62,109 bases of DNA. Origin: Bacteroidetes bacterium UBA7692 (GTDB lineage: Bacteria > Bacteroidota > Bacteroidia > Chitinophagales > LD1). Both the position numbers and the translations under genes were made by a program. Every line of letters begins with the position of its first letter. Position 1 is the stretch's first letter. This document shows positions 37,570 to 47,934 of the stretch, piece after piece. The DNA lies in NCBI GenBank assembly GCA_002482725.1, contig DLGO01000030.1, forward strand, positions 2,373-64,481. Reading direction: 5' to 3'. The notes below the pieces were generated by a model. The model was not told the origin of the DNA, searched no databases, and saw nothing but the letters and a program-made list of their open reading frames with translations.

Positions 37570-38733
37570 TTATTTCAGTACGTATGTTTTAACCAAGCTG
37601 ACATTGCCCAAAGAATCAGGGAACCAATATTGTGATTTGTGCACGGAGGATATTCTGTAAAATACAGGCTTCCCTGCCTTCTTTAATTCAATCTCATACT
37701 TTATAGCTGAGCCATCTAATGGTACATCCTGACCTGCTACGCCCCTGTGGTTTCTTCCACCTAATTGTTTGTACATTTCCTTATCAAACTCCGTTTTCTT
37801 ATTGATTCTTATGGTTTTGCTTCCTAGCACAGCAGAGTCCGCAGACAGTATATCACAATACAGCACCATTTCCGGACCCGGGCTTATTTTATGCGGCATA
37901 ATGGTGTTCTGCCATATAACATCCACCACTTTCCCGTTACTGTTTAATGAGAAGTGGAAATCGTCCAATACCAATGCCGGCTTAGGATTTTTTTTATTTA
38001 GGGAGTCGTGTTGCCAAAAGAAATAATGGGTGCCTTTTTTATCTGCATCATATTCCTGGTGGCAGTTGATACATAGTGCCGAGCCTGTGCGTTTTATCGC
38101 TATACCCGGGTCAAAAGTATGTACTGCATCAAAATGGCACAAATAACAGTTCATGTTATTTACGGTAATTTTTGCAAGTGTTTGTTTACTTACAACACTA
38201 TCATCCGGCGATGGAATATGCTTCAGCGATAGCAATTCTTTGCCATCGTAGTGACAACCCATACAGTCTATACTGGTAGCCCTGTTTCCACTTACCCTGC
38301 TCAATGGTTTAGGGTGATTTAATTTTAAAAGACCTTCTGCAAATAGCAGGGGTTGGTGCAAACTATCTTTCAATAAGGTCTCATACATATTTTCCGGTGC
38401 GTGGCAACCGACACAGTGATTGAACGACCTGTTCACTACATCTGTATAAGGCACACAATCATACTTATCACTATTTACAAATGCCGCATGCTCATTCAGG
38501 CTTACCATAGCATTGGCATGTGGCCCCTTCATTTCATTTTCGTATTCCTGCTTATGGCAAGAGGCACACTTTAAAATTTGCTCTTGCCGGGTTTGCTTTT
38601 GAAACTCCTGCGTTTTTAAAAAAGAATGGTACGCTGCCTTTTCATATTGATTGCAATTGGTCAATGGAAATAAGAGAATGATGGCGATAGCGCTTATAAA
38701 AACACATAAAACAACTATTCTCTTTTTAAACAT
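37570..38733 (-). CDS. Multiheme (5x CxxCH) c-type cytochrome, c554/c552-like N-terminus
   Basis: CASCH, CVGCH, CMGCH, CYLCH, CINCH; N-terminal signal/anchor; C..CH..EY.....PHA.A pattern. Confidence 0.88.
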   Translation of the reverse strand: MFKKRIVVLCVFISAIAIILLFPLTNCNQYEKAAYHSFLKTQEFQKQTRQEQILKCASCHKQEYENEMKGPHANAMVSLNEHAAFVNSDKYDCVPYTDVVNRSFNHCVGCHAPENMYETLLKDSLHQPLLFAEGLLKLNHPKPLSRVSGNRATSIDCMGCHYDGKELLSLKHIPSPDDSVVSKQTLAKITVNNMNCYLCHFDAVHTFDPGIAIKRTGSALCINCHQEYDADKKGTHYFFWQHDSLNKKNPKPALVLDDFHFSLNSNGKVVDVIWQNTIMPHKISPGPEMVLYCDILSADSAVLGSKTIRINKKTEFDKEMYKQLGGRNHRGVAGQDVPLDGSAIKYEIELKKAGKPVFYRISSVHKSQYWFPDSLGNVSLVKTYVLK

Positions 38734-38969
38734 GATTATATAAAAGTAGAAATTTTATTCAACCAACATACGTCCTTTAAGAGTTCTGTAATTTTCGCAA
38801 CTGATTCATATCATAACTCCGGAAGCCTTTTTTTTAATTCTTCACCATAAAAACAGTACGAAAACTTAATTATATTTACGTATTCAGGTCTGCATAAAGC
38901 AATATTTACCCGCAATAAAAGCCTGATAGCAAGTGACTATGATAAATTTGAGTTTTTAAACTACTAATC

Positions 38970-39890
38970 ATGCAAAGCAAGCCTCCTGTTTTCAGGGATG
39001 AAAAACTGCAACAAGAGTTCGATGAGAATGGCTTTGTTAAATTCAAGCTTTTTGACGCGCAACAGATAGAACGCATCCACAATTTTTACCTGGAACACCA
39101 GGATGAGCATGAAACAATCATTGAAAAAAAGAAATTTCACGCCACCAATGAAACCAGCAATGCAGAACTAATAGCCAAAGCTGATAGTTTTATCAAGGAG
39201 CTAATGATGGAAGAAGTAAATAAGCACTTCCGTGATTATAAAGTGATAGCGGCAAATTATCTTATAAAACAACCCGATATTAAGTCCGAACTGGGACCTC
39301 ATCAAGACCTGAGGTTTGTAGATGAAGAGAAATATTATTCCCTGAATATCTGGATAGCGACCGAAGCTACTAATAAGCATAATGGATGCTTACGCTTTAT
39401 TAAAGGCAGCCATCTATGGAGCGATACAATAAGGCCATTACCCAGCTACCCATGGAAATATAGGAATGCAGAACAATTGCTAACCGAAAACTTTACAGAT
39501 GTGACTACTGATATCGGTGAATGCGTGGTGCTGAACCATGCTTGCATCCATAGTTCATATCCCAATTTATCCGAAAAAATAAGAGTAGCCGCAATAATGG
39601 CGATAATCCCTCAGGATGCAGAAATATTGCACTACTTTCTACCGGATGGAAATCCTGAAAACGAGGTAGAAAAATATACCATGACCCTACAAGACTTTAT
39701 AACACTAAAAGTTGGCCAAAGACCAGATAGCGCAGTATTGGTAGACAAATTTAAGTATGATTTTTCTGCTGCCAACATTGAAATGATAAAAGCTAAATTG
39801 AATCTATTAAACAGTAATACTACAAATTCAGATATTTTATATGGGAAGTTTAAACGAAAATTATCATCACTATTCGGAATCTCTGGATAA
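38970..39890 (+). CDS. PhyH-family 2OG-Fe(II) dioxygenase
   Basis: ENGFVK; HQDL; NIWIA.....NGCL.FIKGSH; HACIHSS.PN....R. Confidence 0.9.
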   Translation: MQSKPPVFRDEKLQQEFDENGFVKFKLFDAQQIERIHNFYLEHQDEHETIIEKKKFHATNETSNAELIAKADSFIKELMMEEVNKHFRDYKVIAANYLIKQPDIKSELGPHQDLRFVDEEKYYSLNIWIATEATNKHNGCLRFIKGSHLWSDTIRPLPSYPWKYRNAEQLLTENFTDVTTDIGECVVLNHACIHSSYPNLSEKIRVAAIMAIIPQDAEILHYFLPDGNPENEVEKYTMTLQDFITLKVGQRPDSAVLVDKFKYDFSAANIEMIKAKLNLLNSNTTNSDILYGKFKRKLSSLFGISG

Positions 39891-41538
39891 GCTGGGATTT
39901 TGCACCTTCAAGGTTTTTGAAGATGAAACGATAAGCCAGTTAAAACAGCTCTATTCAGATAATTTTTCAGATCATAAGGTAGAGGGACTATATGCCAATC
40001 ACAATTCTAATCCTGCAGAAAAGGGATTGGATATAAGCAGGAAAATAGAAGCTATAGTATCCGGAAGCCTTCAGAATGTTTTTTCAGGCTATGAATTTTT
40101 TCTGGGGCATTTTTTGGCAAAGGCAGGTAATGTACAAAATGAATTTGCTCTTCACCAGGATTGGAATATAGTAGATGAATCGAAATACAAAAGCTATCAG
40201 GTTTGGATTCCATTGCAATTGACCTATCCTTTGAATGGAGGGATGTTTGTAGTGCCAGGCAGCCACAAGTTTTTCAATAATCACCGTTCAGGCAGTTATG
40301 GATTACCCGTAGTGCGCTATCGCGATGAGATAAAACCTAATATTACCAATCTGAAGGTAACCCCGGGTAATGTATTGATATATCATAATGGTTTATTTCA
40401 CGGATCCCATCCTAATCTAACGAACGATACACGCATTGCGGTAATTGCCAATTTTGTAGAAAAAATAGCGCCCACCTATTACTTTCATAAATCACCCGGA
40501 GCAGACAAAACCCTACTTTATGGTGTAACAGGCGATGAACTGATTGCACATCTGCCTGATTTGGAAAAAGGTATCATTGGCGCTGACCTCGTGCTGAAAG
40601 GTGAGGCACCGGTATGCCCCGTAGATAATGAATCTATTACCTATGTCGATCTGGTTTCTAAATTCAATGAATACTTCCCTGACACAAATGCCTCTCAGAT
40701 AAAACAGCTTCACATAGCTAAACAGAGCAGCCTTGAACAGGAAATGAACGACAAAGGCCATGCAGTAATTGATTTGCTTACTGAACAGGAGATAGCAATT
40801 TTAAGAAGTAAATACGATCAGCTTTTTGGAACTATCGACCGCAGCCCCGGCAGGTTTACTACGCTCCAGTATACCACCCCTGAACTTAAAAAAAACATCC
40901 ATGATTTTATCATAGAGAGCATACAAGAACCACTTCAGAAGAAATTTAAGGACTTTGTAATACCTGTATCTTTATACTATACCAAGAAAGCATTTACTTC
41001 CGGTGACATAGACCTGCATGCAGATAGTTCATTATTGTTAAACCATCAGTTGGAACCCCATTATGCGCTATGGATACCACTGGTAGATGTAAAGGAAAAC
41101 AATGGCTGCCTGACATTAATACCCGAAAGCCACAAGAATCAGGAAACCTTTTATGGGGGAACCTTTCCGGGCCCGCACACACCTCACAGAGAATGGCTCA
41201 GGCAATTTGAAGTTGCAATCCCTCTAAAGGCAGGACAGGCAGTATTATTTGATAATAACCTGTTACACAACTCCACACCAAACAGCACCGCCGAGGACAG
41301 GATATGCATTACATTCAGAATGACTCACATAGCATCCCAATATTATAGCTTTGCCAATCATGATAAAGAAACAAACGATCTGATTGTATATGAAGAAGCG
41401 CCTGACTATTACATGGATCCAAATTGGGATGGCAGCGGCAAGCGCATATCAGGCAAAGCAGTCGGCATAATGCAAGACGGTAAAAAAGACTTTGACAAAT
41501 TTGAATTGCTTCCTATAACTACTTACAGCCATTCATGA
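39841..41538 (+). CDS. Tandem two-domain PhyH-family dioxygenase
   Basis: Domain 1: HQDW...PGSH...FHGSHPN..R. Domain 2: HADS...WIPLVDV..NNGCL..IPESH...LLHNS.PN...R. Overlaps the upstream gene by 50 nt. Confidence 0.88.
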   Translation: MGSLNENYHHYSESLDKLGFCTFKVFEDETISQLKQLYSDNFSDHKVEGLYANHNSNPAEKGLDISRKIEAIVSGSLQNVFSGYEFFLGHFLAKAGNVQNEFALHQDWNIVDESKYKSYQVWIPLQLTYPLNGGMFVVPGSHKFFNNHRSGSYGLPVVRYRDEIKPNITNLKVTPGNVLIYHNGLFHGSHPNLTNDTRIAVIANFVEKIAPTYYFHKSPGADKTLLYGVTGDELIAHLPDLEKGIIGADLVLKGEAPVCPVDNESITYVDLVSKFNEYFPDTNASQIKQLHIAKQSSLEQEMNDKGHAVIDLLTEQEIAILRSKYDQLFGTIDRSPGRFTTLQYTTPELKKNIHDFIIESIQEPLQKKFKDFVIPVSLYYTKKAFTSGDIDLHADSSLLLNHQLEPHYALWIPLVDVKENNGCLTLIPESHKNQETFYGGTFPGPHTPHREWLRQFEVAIPLKAGQAVLFDNNLLHNSTPNSTAEDRICITFRMTHIASQYYSFANHDKETNDLIVYEEAPDYYMDPNWDGSGKRISGKAVGIMQDGKKDFDKFELLPITTYSHS

Positions 41539-42809
41539 GCAAACCTGTAATAGCAAGAGTAATTGATCTCTGCAAAGAGTTTAGCATTATCGACCCTGAA
41601 ACGGGAAGGGACAAGACATTTCATGCTCTTTCGGGTATTTCATTTGATGTACTGCAAGGTGATGTATTAAGTATTATCGGCAATAATGGTTCTGGCAAAT
41701 CTACCTTATTGAAGATTTTGAGCCATATAACAAGGCCTACAAAGGGAGAGATTCAATTATATGGCACATCTATTTCCATATTGGATATAGGCAACAATTT
41801 TCACCCCGATCTTACCGGCCGGGAAAATGTGCTCCTTCAGTTAAAAATGAACAGGAAGGATAAAGATCAATTTGATCATTACATAAAAGAGATTGTAGAC
41901 TTCAGCGAAATAGGAGTTTACTTTGACCAACCTATAAAACATTACTCCAGTGGTATGTTCTTGCGTCTGGCATTTTCGCTTGCATTTCATGTGTCGGCAG
42001 ATATTCTGATACTGGACGAAGTACTTTCGGTAGGTGACGAAGGGTTCCGGTTGAAGTGCCAGGAAGTATTGAAGAAACTTACAGAGGCAGGCCGGACAAT
42101 CATTTTTGTTTCGCACAACCGTTCCGAAATAATGGAACTGAGCAATAAGTGTATCTGGCTTGATAAAGGACAAATAAGAAAGACAGGAACCCCTGCGGCC
42201 ATTTTGGGTGAATACTTTGCACGCCACAAAGACAATTTTGATGGCACCAAAGATATTGTAGAGATGCACACAACAGCGCAACATACATCACCAAACGGAA
42301 ATGTTAGACTGGAATGGAATGAAGCTGATGCGCCGGGCAATGAATATGTGGCACTGAGAAAAATAGAAATAAAGCCAGCTTCGGGAAAAGACATGTTGTA
42401 TAATACTGAGGCAACTCTCTTTGAGTTCCTTCTGTATAAAAAAATACATCTCCCCAAATTCGGGATTTTCTTTTTCATACAGGATGTATTCTATCAACCT
42501 GTATTGGTGGGGCATTTCCTGAATAACTCTTCAGGAAGAGATGTAAGCCAGGACACAGCAGCATATAAAGGACTGCTCAATATCAATTGCACCATACCTG
42601 CAGGATTTCTGATGCCGGGTCAATATTATGTGCAGCTAAGATTTGGCATGGAAGAAAATGAATGGCATGAAGAATCAAAGGAGCTGCTCCGTTTTAGCGA
42701 AAAATTGTCGTTCACGCTGCATGCAGGGAATGACTACAAGGAAATAGTAGGCGATGTGAGCAAAGGCTCTGTAAGACCTGCGTTGCAATGGATTTGTAAC
42801 AAGGTTTGA
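41535..42809 (+). CDS. Polysaccharide ABC exporter ATP-binding subunit (Wzt/RfbB-like) with C-terminal Wzt-C domain
   Basis: GNNGSGKSTLLK, FHPDLTGREN, YSSGM.LRLAFS, ILDEVLSVGD..F, FVSH; C-terminal Ig-like domain (L.PGQY.V). ATGA overlap with the upstream gene. Confidence 0.9.
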   Translation: MSKPVIARVIDLCKEFSIIDPETGRDKTFHALSGISFDVLQGDVLSIIGNNGSGKSTLLKILSHITRPTKGEIQLYGTSISILDIGNNFHPDLTGRENVLLQLKMNRKDKDQFDHYIKEIVDFSEIGVYFDQPIKHYSSGMFLRLAFSLAFHVSADILILDEVLSVGDEGFRLKCQEVLKKLTEAGRTIIFVSHNRSEIMELSNKCIWLDKGQIRKTGTPAAILGEYFARHKDNFDGTKDIVEMHTTAQHTSPNGNVRLEWNEADAPGNEYVALRKIEIKPASGKDMLYNTEATLFEFLLYKKIHLPKFGIFFFIQDVFYQPVLVGHFLNNSSGRDVSQDTAAYKGLLNINCTIPAGFLMPGQYYVQLRFGMEENEWHEESKELLRFSEKLSFTLHAGNDYKEIVGDVSKGSVRPALQWICNKV

Positions 42810-42823
42810 TACTCCTGCCCCAT

Positions 42824-43195
42824 TTATTTAAGCTCCCTAACCGTAATGTGTGTATGACCATCCATAATGAATGGCTCACCGGTTACATTCAATGTATCAC
42901 CCCGCTTTGAGTCTCTGTATTGCGCTGCATCGTTCAGGTTGGAATGGCTCACTGTTGCAAAGAAAACTGAATCATTCGCATCTCTTAGCTCGGCAGTATA
43001 GCCATCCTTTCCACGATTTAACTGCTGTACTATACCTGTTACTGTTATGGTTTTCAATTCAGGCTTTTCGGTTGTTACGGTATCTTGAACAAGCTCTGCA
43101 GCACCTTCATTATTCACAATATCCTTTTCGCCATTACATGCGGTTAGTAATGCGAACATGGCAATTGCAGTAACTGATATTTTAATTCCTTTCAT
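42824..43195 (-). CDS. Small lipoprotein (OB-fold-like)
   Basis: Lipobox LLTAC; V.G.V....GKDGYTA.L...GD.L.V.G pattern. Confidence 0.7.
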   Translation of the reverse strand: MKGIKISVTAIAMFALLTACNGEKDIVNNEGAAELVQDTVTTEKPELKTITVTGIVQQLNRGKDGYTAELRDANDSVFFATVSHSNLNDAAQYRDSKRGDTLNVTGEPFIMDGHTHITVRELK

Positions 43196-43267
43196 ATTTT
43201 CTAATTTAAAGAGCCAAGGTACTTCAGGCTCTCCAAAGCCTTCGTATAAGCAAATCCCACTGATTGT

Positions 43268-43678
43268 TTACTCAGGGAAATATTGAGCAATTATCTCGTT
43301 TAGCATTTCATCATCCAGTGGCTTGCTTTTAAAGCCGGATACGCTATCGTATGTCCTGGCTCTTTTTGCGTCATCCGGATTAACGGACGTCGTAAGCATA
43401 ATAATCTTTGTATTTACTTTTTTATCTGCGCTAAGCTTAGTGTATTCATCCAGAAATTCCCAGCCATTCAGCAACGGCATATTGATATCCAGAAACAAAA
43501 TGTCCGGCACCGGCTTAGTACCTTCTACAGCCTCCGCCAGATAGTTTAATGCTTCTTCACCATTCAATACTACTTCTACCTGTTCTGCTACTCCTGCCTG
43601 TTTTATAATAAGCTTATGCAGAAAATTGGTCCCGTCATCATCATCTACCAGCAATATGCAATTTAACTTTTTAGCCAT
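43268..43678 (-). CDS. Single-domain response regulator (CheY-like)
   Basis: ILLVDDD, FLDINMP..NGWEFL, MLTTS...D, KPL. Confidence 0.95.
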   Translation of the reverse strand: MAKKLNCILLVDDDDGTNFLHKLIIKQAGVAEQVEVVLNGEEALNYLAEAVEGTKPVPDILFLDINMPLLNGWEFLDEYTKLSADKKVNTKIIMLTTSVNPDDAKRARTYDSVSGFKSKPLDDEMLNEIIAQYFPE

Positions 43679-43681
43679 AAA

Positions 43682-46600
43682 TTATGTATTGATAGTAAAG
43701 TAAAAAGTACTTCCACTACCCGGTTGGGATTCCACCCAAATTTTACCGTTGTGCAATTCTACTATTTTTTTGCAATGAGCCAAACCAATTCCCGTACCAG
43801 TATATTCATTCTTGTTGTGCAGCGTCTGGAATAAAATAAAGATACGCTCTTTATACTTGTCAGCAATACCTATGCCATTATCTCTGAAAGCAAAAGTCCA
43901 CTTACCATCCACCTGGTTTGCCGAAACAACAATGTGTGGTTTCTCACCCGGCTTGCGGAACTTCAATGCATTGCTCAATAGATTCTGGAATAGCAACTTA
44001 AGCTCCAGTGGGTAAGCATTTAATATAGGTAAGCTCCCAATTTCTAATGAGGCTTCACTTTCTGCTACTGCTGCCTCCAAATCCTGCTTCACATTCTGCA
44101 TCAACAAATTGCAATCCACTTTTTCCAACTTGCGCTCTCGACCTATCCTGGAGTAGAATAGCAGCCCTTTTATGAGTTCCTGCATACGGCCGGTGCTTTG
44201 TGCTATATACTGCACGCACTGCCGACCCATTTCATCCAGTTGATCTATATTATTCTTTTGTAGTAGTTCCACAAAGCTTACTACCGTGCGCAATGGTTCC
44301 TGCAGGTCGTGCGAGGCTATATAGGTAAACTGCTCTATCTCCTTATTCTTGGCTTCCAAAGCAGCATAGTTGCGCAAGCTTTCTTCGGCTGCCTTTATCT
44401 GTGTAAGATCAGTAGCTATTCCCAAAAATCCCTTCAACGTTCCATCCGGGTTTTCTATTCTGGTTACAACCAATTGCACAGGAAATGTGCTTCCATCCTT
44501 TCGCACATAGGTCCACTCCCGGGTTTCATAATCCTGCACTTTGGCAATGGCGGTAAATACATCAAAGCCTTCCACTACCCGGTCCATGTCCAGGCTAAGT
44601 TCCTGGCTCCTGGCTTCCACTTCATCCAGGCTGTGAATAATAGCAGGCGTATATTTGCCCACTAGCTCCTCTGCCCTATATCCCAGCAATGTTTCGGCTC
44701 CACGGCTAAAGTGGGTAATATTACCTGTAGTATCGGTACCAATAATAGAAACATTGGTACCCGCGTTGAATATAGCCGTAAGCTCATCATTCAGGCGCCT
44801 GATTGCGTCCTCAGATTTTTTGCGCTCAGTAATATCTTCTACCTGCGATATAAAGTGAATTGGTTCTCCAACTGCATCGCACACCAGTGAAACACTGAGC
44901 AATACCCAAACTATGTGTCCATCCTTATGTATGTATCGCTTCTCGATTTGGTAGCTTTCTATATTGCCTTTTAATAGTAGCGAGGCGCGTTCTATATCTT
45001 TCTCCAGGTCATCAGGATGTGTGATATCCTGAAAAGTAAGACCCATTAATTCTTCTTCCTTATAACCCGTTATTATGCATATCTGTTTATTAACCTTCAG
45101 CCATGTCCCATCGGGCGAAACAATTGCCATGCCAATAGCTGAATAACTAAAGGCACTACGAAATTCTTCTTCGCGCAGACGCAGATTATCTGTAGCTACT
45201 ACAGTTGCGGTAATATCCCTATTTGTACCTACTAACCTGTGGATATTGCCATCTCTATCGCGTTCAGCAATTACAGTTCCGTTTAAATACTTAATCTCAC
45301 CATTTTCGCTAATGATCCTGAAATCGGTAGTAATATCAGTATCACTATGTCCATGAATAGCATAATTCAGTTTATCCTCAACCAATTGGCGATCTTCAGG
45401 ATGAAGCTTGCGTTTCCAGTCTCCGATACTTCCCCTGAATTCATTTGGCGCCATACCATACAGGTACATCATGTTGTTATCCCAGTATAGCTGCTCTGTT
45501 TTCAGGTCCAGTTCCCAGATACCAATGCCTGAAGCACTTGTAGCCAGCAATAACCGTTCTTCTGTTTTGCTGTGTTCCAGTTCCAGCAACTTTTTGTCTG
45601 TGATATTATTGATCTGTACTACAAAGTATAACGGCGCTCCGGAAGTATCCCTGACCATAGACACGTTAACTATTACCCAAATTATGGCTCCGGACTTATG
45701 TATATAGCGTTTCTCCCGGTTATAACTGGGGATGATATCATTCTTTAGTTTTTCTGCCCTGATTATATCCCCGTCAAGATCATCCGGGAAGGTAATGTCC
45801 TGAAATTTTTTGCTCAATAATTCAAATTCCGAGTACCCAACCATCCTGCACAACTCACTATTAACTTTCAGCCATCTTCCGCTTGGCGATATAAGTGCCA
45901 TACCCGCGGCAGTATATTCAAATGCACTTCTGAACTCCTGTGCCCTCAAGCTCAGCTCTTCTGAAATGCGCTTGGCATGGTCGATATCCTGAAAAATGCC
46001 ATATACCTTTATTGCTTTGCCATCTTTCATTTCGGCCTGGCCCACAGCTCGTACCCATATACTCCTGCCTTTAAAAGTGTTCATTTCCAGCTCTATGTCA
46101 AAAGGAGTTCCGTCAAGTTTTGCAGCATCTATTGCTTCATCCAGCTTATTACGGCTCATTCCCCCTTTCACCATCCTGGTTTTACCCAGTACCGGAACAA
46201 AATCATCAGGAACCTCGCAAATCTCCCGAGTCATATGACTCCAAACAGTGGTGTTTTGCTGCACATCAATTTCCCAGGTACCTATACGCGCCGTCTCACT
46301 GGTCTTTTTCAATATCTCTTCGGTCTTGCGCTGTTGCTGCTCTCTTTCTTTTTGTAATGTTATATCCGCAGTGTACATCAGAAGCCCGCCGACCTCTCCT
46401 TTAGTGATATACCACGGGCGTACTTCCCATGTAAGCCACTGTACCGTTCCATCTAAGCGCACAAAGGAATCTTCTTCGCGTTTTTGCTCCTGGCCTGCAA
46501 GGCAATTTTTATGTATCGCTTTCCATTCTTCACCAATCTCCGGAAATATGTCGTAATGCGACCGTCCCATAATCTCAGTATTCTGCAGTCCATAGTCGCT

Positions 46601-47656
46601 TAGCCACTGCTTGGATGCTGCCAAATAACGCATTTCGTTGTCGAACATGGCTATGGCCGATGGTGCCAGCTCTATGAACACACGATTACTTTCATTGCGC
46701 TTGCTAAGCTCTGCCAGCGTATCATTCAGCAATTGGGTACGCTCTTTGATTGTATTTTCAAGGTTTACATTTACCTGCTTTAATTCTTCTTCAGCTGCTG
46801 AGCGCTGGTCGTCGATTTTATTTAGCCAAAGTGCTGCTCTGGAAAGTAATAAAAGCAACACCAGCATAGCAGATGTAACCAGCAGTATAATACCAAATTC
46901 TACGTCTACCAGGTGATAGCGGTGTGCCATAATACGCAGGTAGCCAAAAAAGACCAAGGCGAAAAATGCGGCCGGGAATATACGCCGTGCTGTTCTGTTG
47001 CCCATTTGATAGCCATAGAATATTCCGGTAACCCCAATTTCTGTATTAATAAAAGCTGCGGCTATAGAAACCAAAAACAAAAATATGGCGGTATGCAGGG
47101 CTACAGAATTGATGCCCTGTGTTTGGTACAATATGGGAATATTGGCCATAAACCCCAGTAGGGTAAGAAAGTTGATAAGTGTTATAAAGTGAAAGGAGTA
47201 TTGGCCTATCTGTCTCAAGGCATTCAGCCTGCTGTAAATGAATATGAAAGCAAGACCAAAAAGAAACAGGCAGAAAGAGGCCAGCAAGGTCATTCGTCCA
47301 GGCACCCGTACAAAAGGTTGCGATAATGTGTCTGCAACAAATAACTGGTCTATATGTGCATCGAAACCGTAGACGATTTCCAACAATGTAATACCTCCGA
47401 TGATCAGTATAAATGACGAAAATACATAGTAAGAAATACGGCATTTCTGTGCATGGCTTATAAGTACCATGCAGATACAAGCGATCCCGAGGGCTGTATT
47501 AAATTTCATTGAAAGCCCTGAAATGAATAAGTGCTGAAGGTCCTGGATTTTGAATATCCAGCCAAGTATAATAAGCAGATTGGCTATGAGCACAAGGGAG
47601 GCAAGAAGGATTGTGGCCTTTCTCGTTTTTATACCTTTTTCACCTGTGCTTGTCAT
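43682..47656 (-). CDS. Membrane sensor histidine kinase with six PAS domains
   Basis: About 7 N-terminal TMs; six PAS-start motifs; H-box FTYIASHDLQEPLR; QNLLSNALKF, DNGIGI, GTGIGLA, GSTFYF. Confidence 0.93.
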   Translation of the reverse strand: MTSTGEKGIKTRKATILLASLVLIANLLIILGWIFKIQDLQHLFISGLSMKFNTALGIACICMVLISHAQKCRISYYVFSSFILIIGGITLLEIVYGFDAHIDQLFVADTLSQPFVRVPGRMTLLASFCLFLFGLAFIFIYSRLNALRQIGQYSFHFITLINFLTLLGFMANIPILYQTQGINSVALHTAIFLFLVSIAAAFINTEIGVTGIFYGYQMGNRTARRIFPAAFFALVFFGYLRIMAHRYHLVDVEFGIILLVTSAMLVLLLLLSRAALWLNKIDDQRSAAEEELKQVNVNLENTIKERTQLLNDTLAELSKRNESNRVFIELAPSAIAMFDNEMRYLAASKQWLSDYGLQNTEIMGRSHYDIFPEIGEEWKAIHKNCLAGQEQKREEDSFVRLDGTVQWLTWEVRPWYITKGEVGGLLMYTADITLQKEREQQQRKTEEILKKTSETARIGTWEIDVQQNTTVWSHMTREICEVPDDFVPVLGKTRMVKGGMSRNKLDEAIDAAKLDGTPFDIELEMNTFKGRSIWVRAVGQAEMKDGKAIKVYGIFQDIDHAKRISEELSLRAQEFRSAFEYTAAGMALISPSGRWLKVNSELCRMVGYSEFELLSKKFQDITFPDDLDGDIIRAEKLKNDIIPSYNREKRYIHKSGAIIWVIVNVSMVRDTSGAPLYFVVQINNITDKKLLELEHSKTEERLLLATSASGIGIWELDLKTEQLYWDNNMMYLYGMAPNEFRGSIGDWKRKLHPEDRQLVEDKLNYAIHGHSDTDITTDFRIISENGEIKYLNGTVIAERDRDGNIHRLVGTNRDITATVVATDNLRLREEEFRSAFSYSAIGMAIVSPDGTWLKVNKQICIITGYKEEELMGLTFQDITHPDDLEKDIERASLLLKGNIESYQIEKRYIHKDGHIVWVLLSVSLVCDAVGEPIHFISQVEDITERKKSEDAIRRLNDELTAIFNAGTNVSIIGTDTTGNITHFSRGAETLLGYRAEELVGKYTPAIIHSLDEVEARSQELSLDMDRVVEGFDVFTAIAKVQDYETREWTYVRKDGSTFPVQLVVTRIENPDGTLKGFLGIATDLTQIKAAEESLRNYAALEAKNKEIEQFTYIASHDLQEPLRTVVSFVELLQKNNIDQLDEMGRQCVQYIAQSTGRMQELIKGLLFYSRIGRERKLEKVDCNLLMQNVKQDLEAAVAESEASLEIGSLPILNAYPLELKLLFQNLLSNALKFRKPGEKPHIVVSANQVDGKWTFAFRDNGIGIADKYKERIFILFQTLHNKNEYTGTGIGLAHCKKIVELHNGKIWVESQPGSGSTFYFTINT

Positions 47657-47934
47657 TTATAGAGAGAGTATTTTTATATCAGGTCCGAAAACGTATCCAA
47701 ACTTAACTAATATATCTGTGCTTTTATTAGGTTCTGAAACGGGCAGAAATCCTTTTGGTTACAAAACCAATAAACAGAATACCTGTTTTATTGTTATTTA
47801 TCTATATATTTTAAGATCAAGCCTGTTTTGTTCCATTATCACGCGAATGTTGAAGGGAAACAATACAAGGGCTTAACAATTAAACAACTTAAATTTCTAA
47901 TATTTGATTGGTGAAAATCAAACAGAACAGATCA

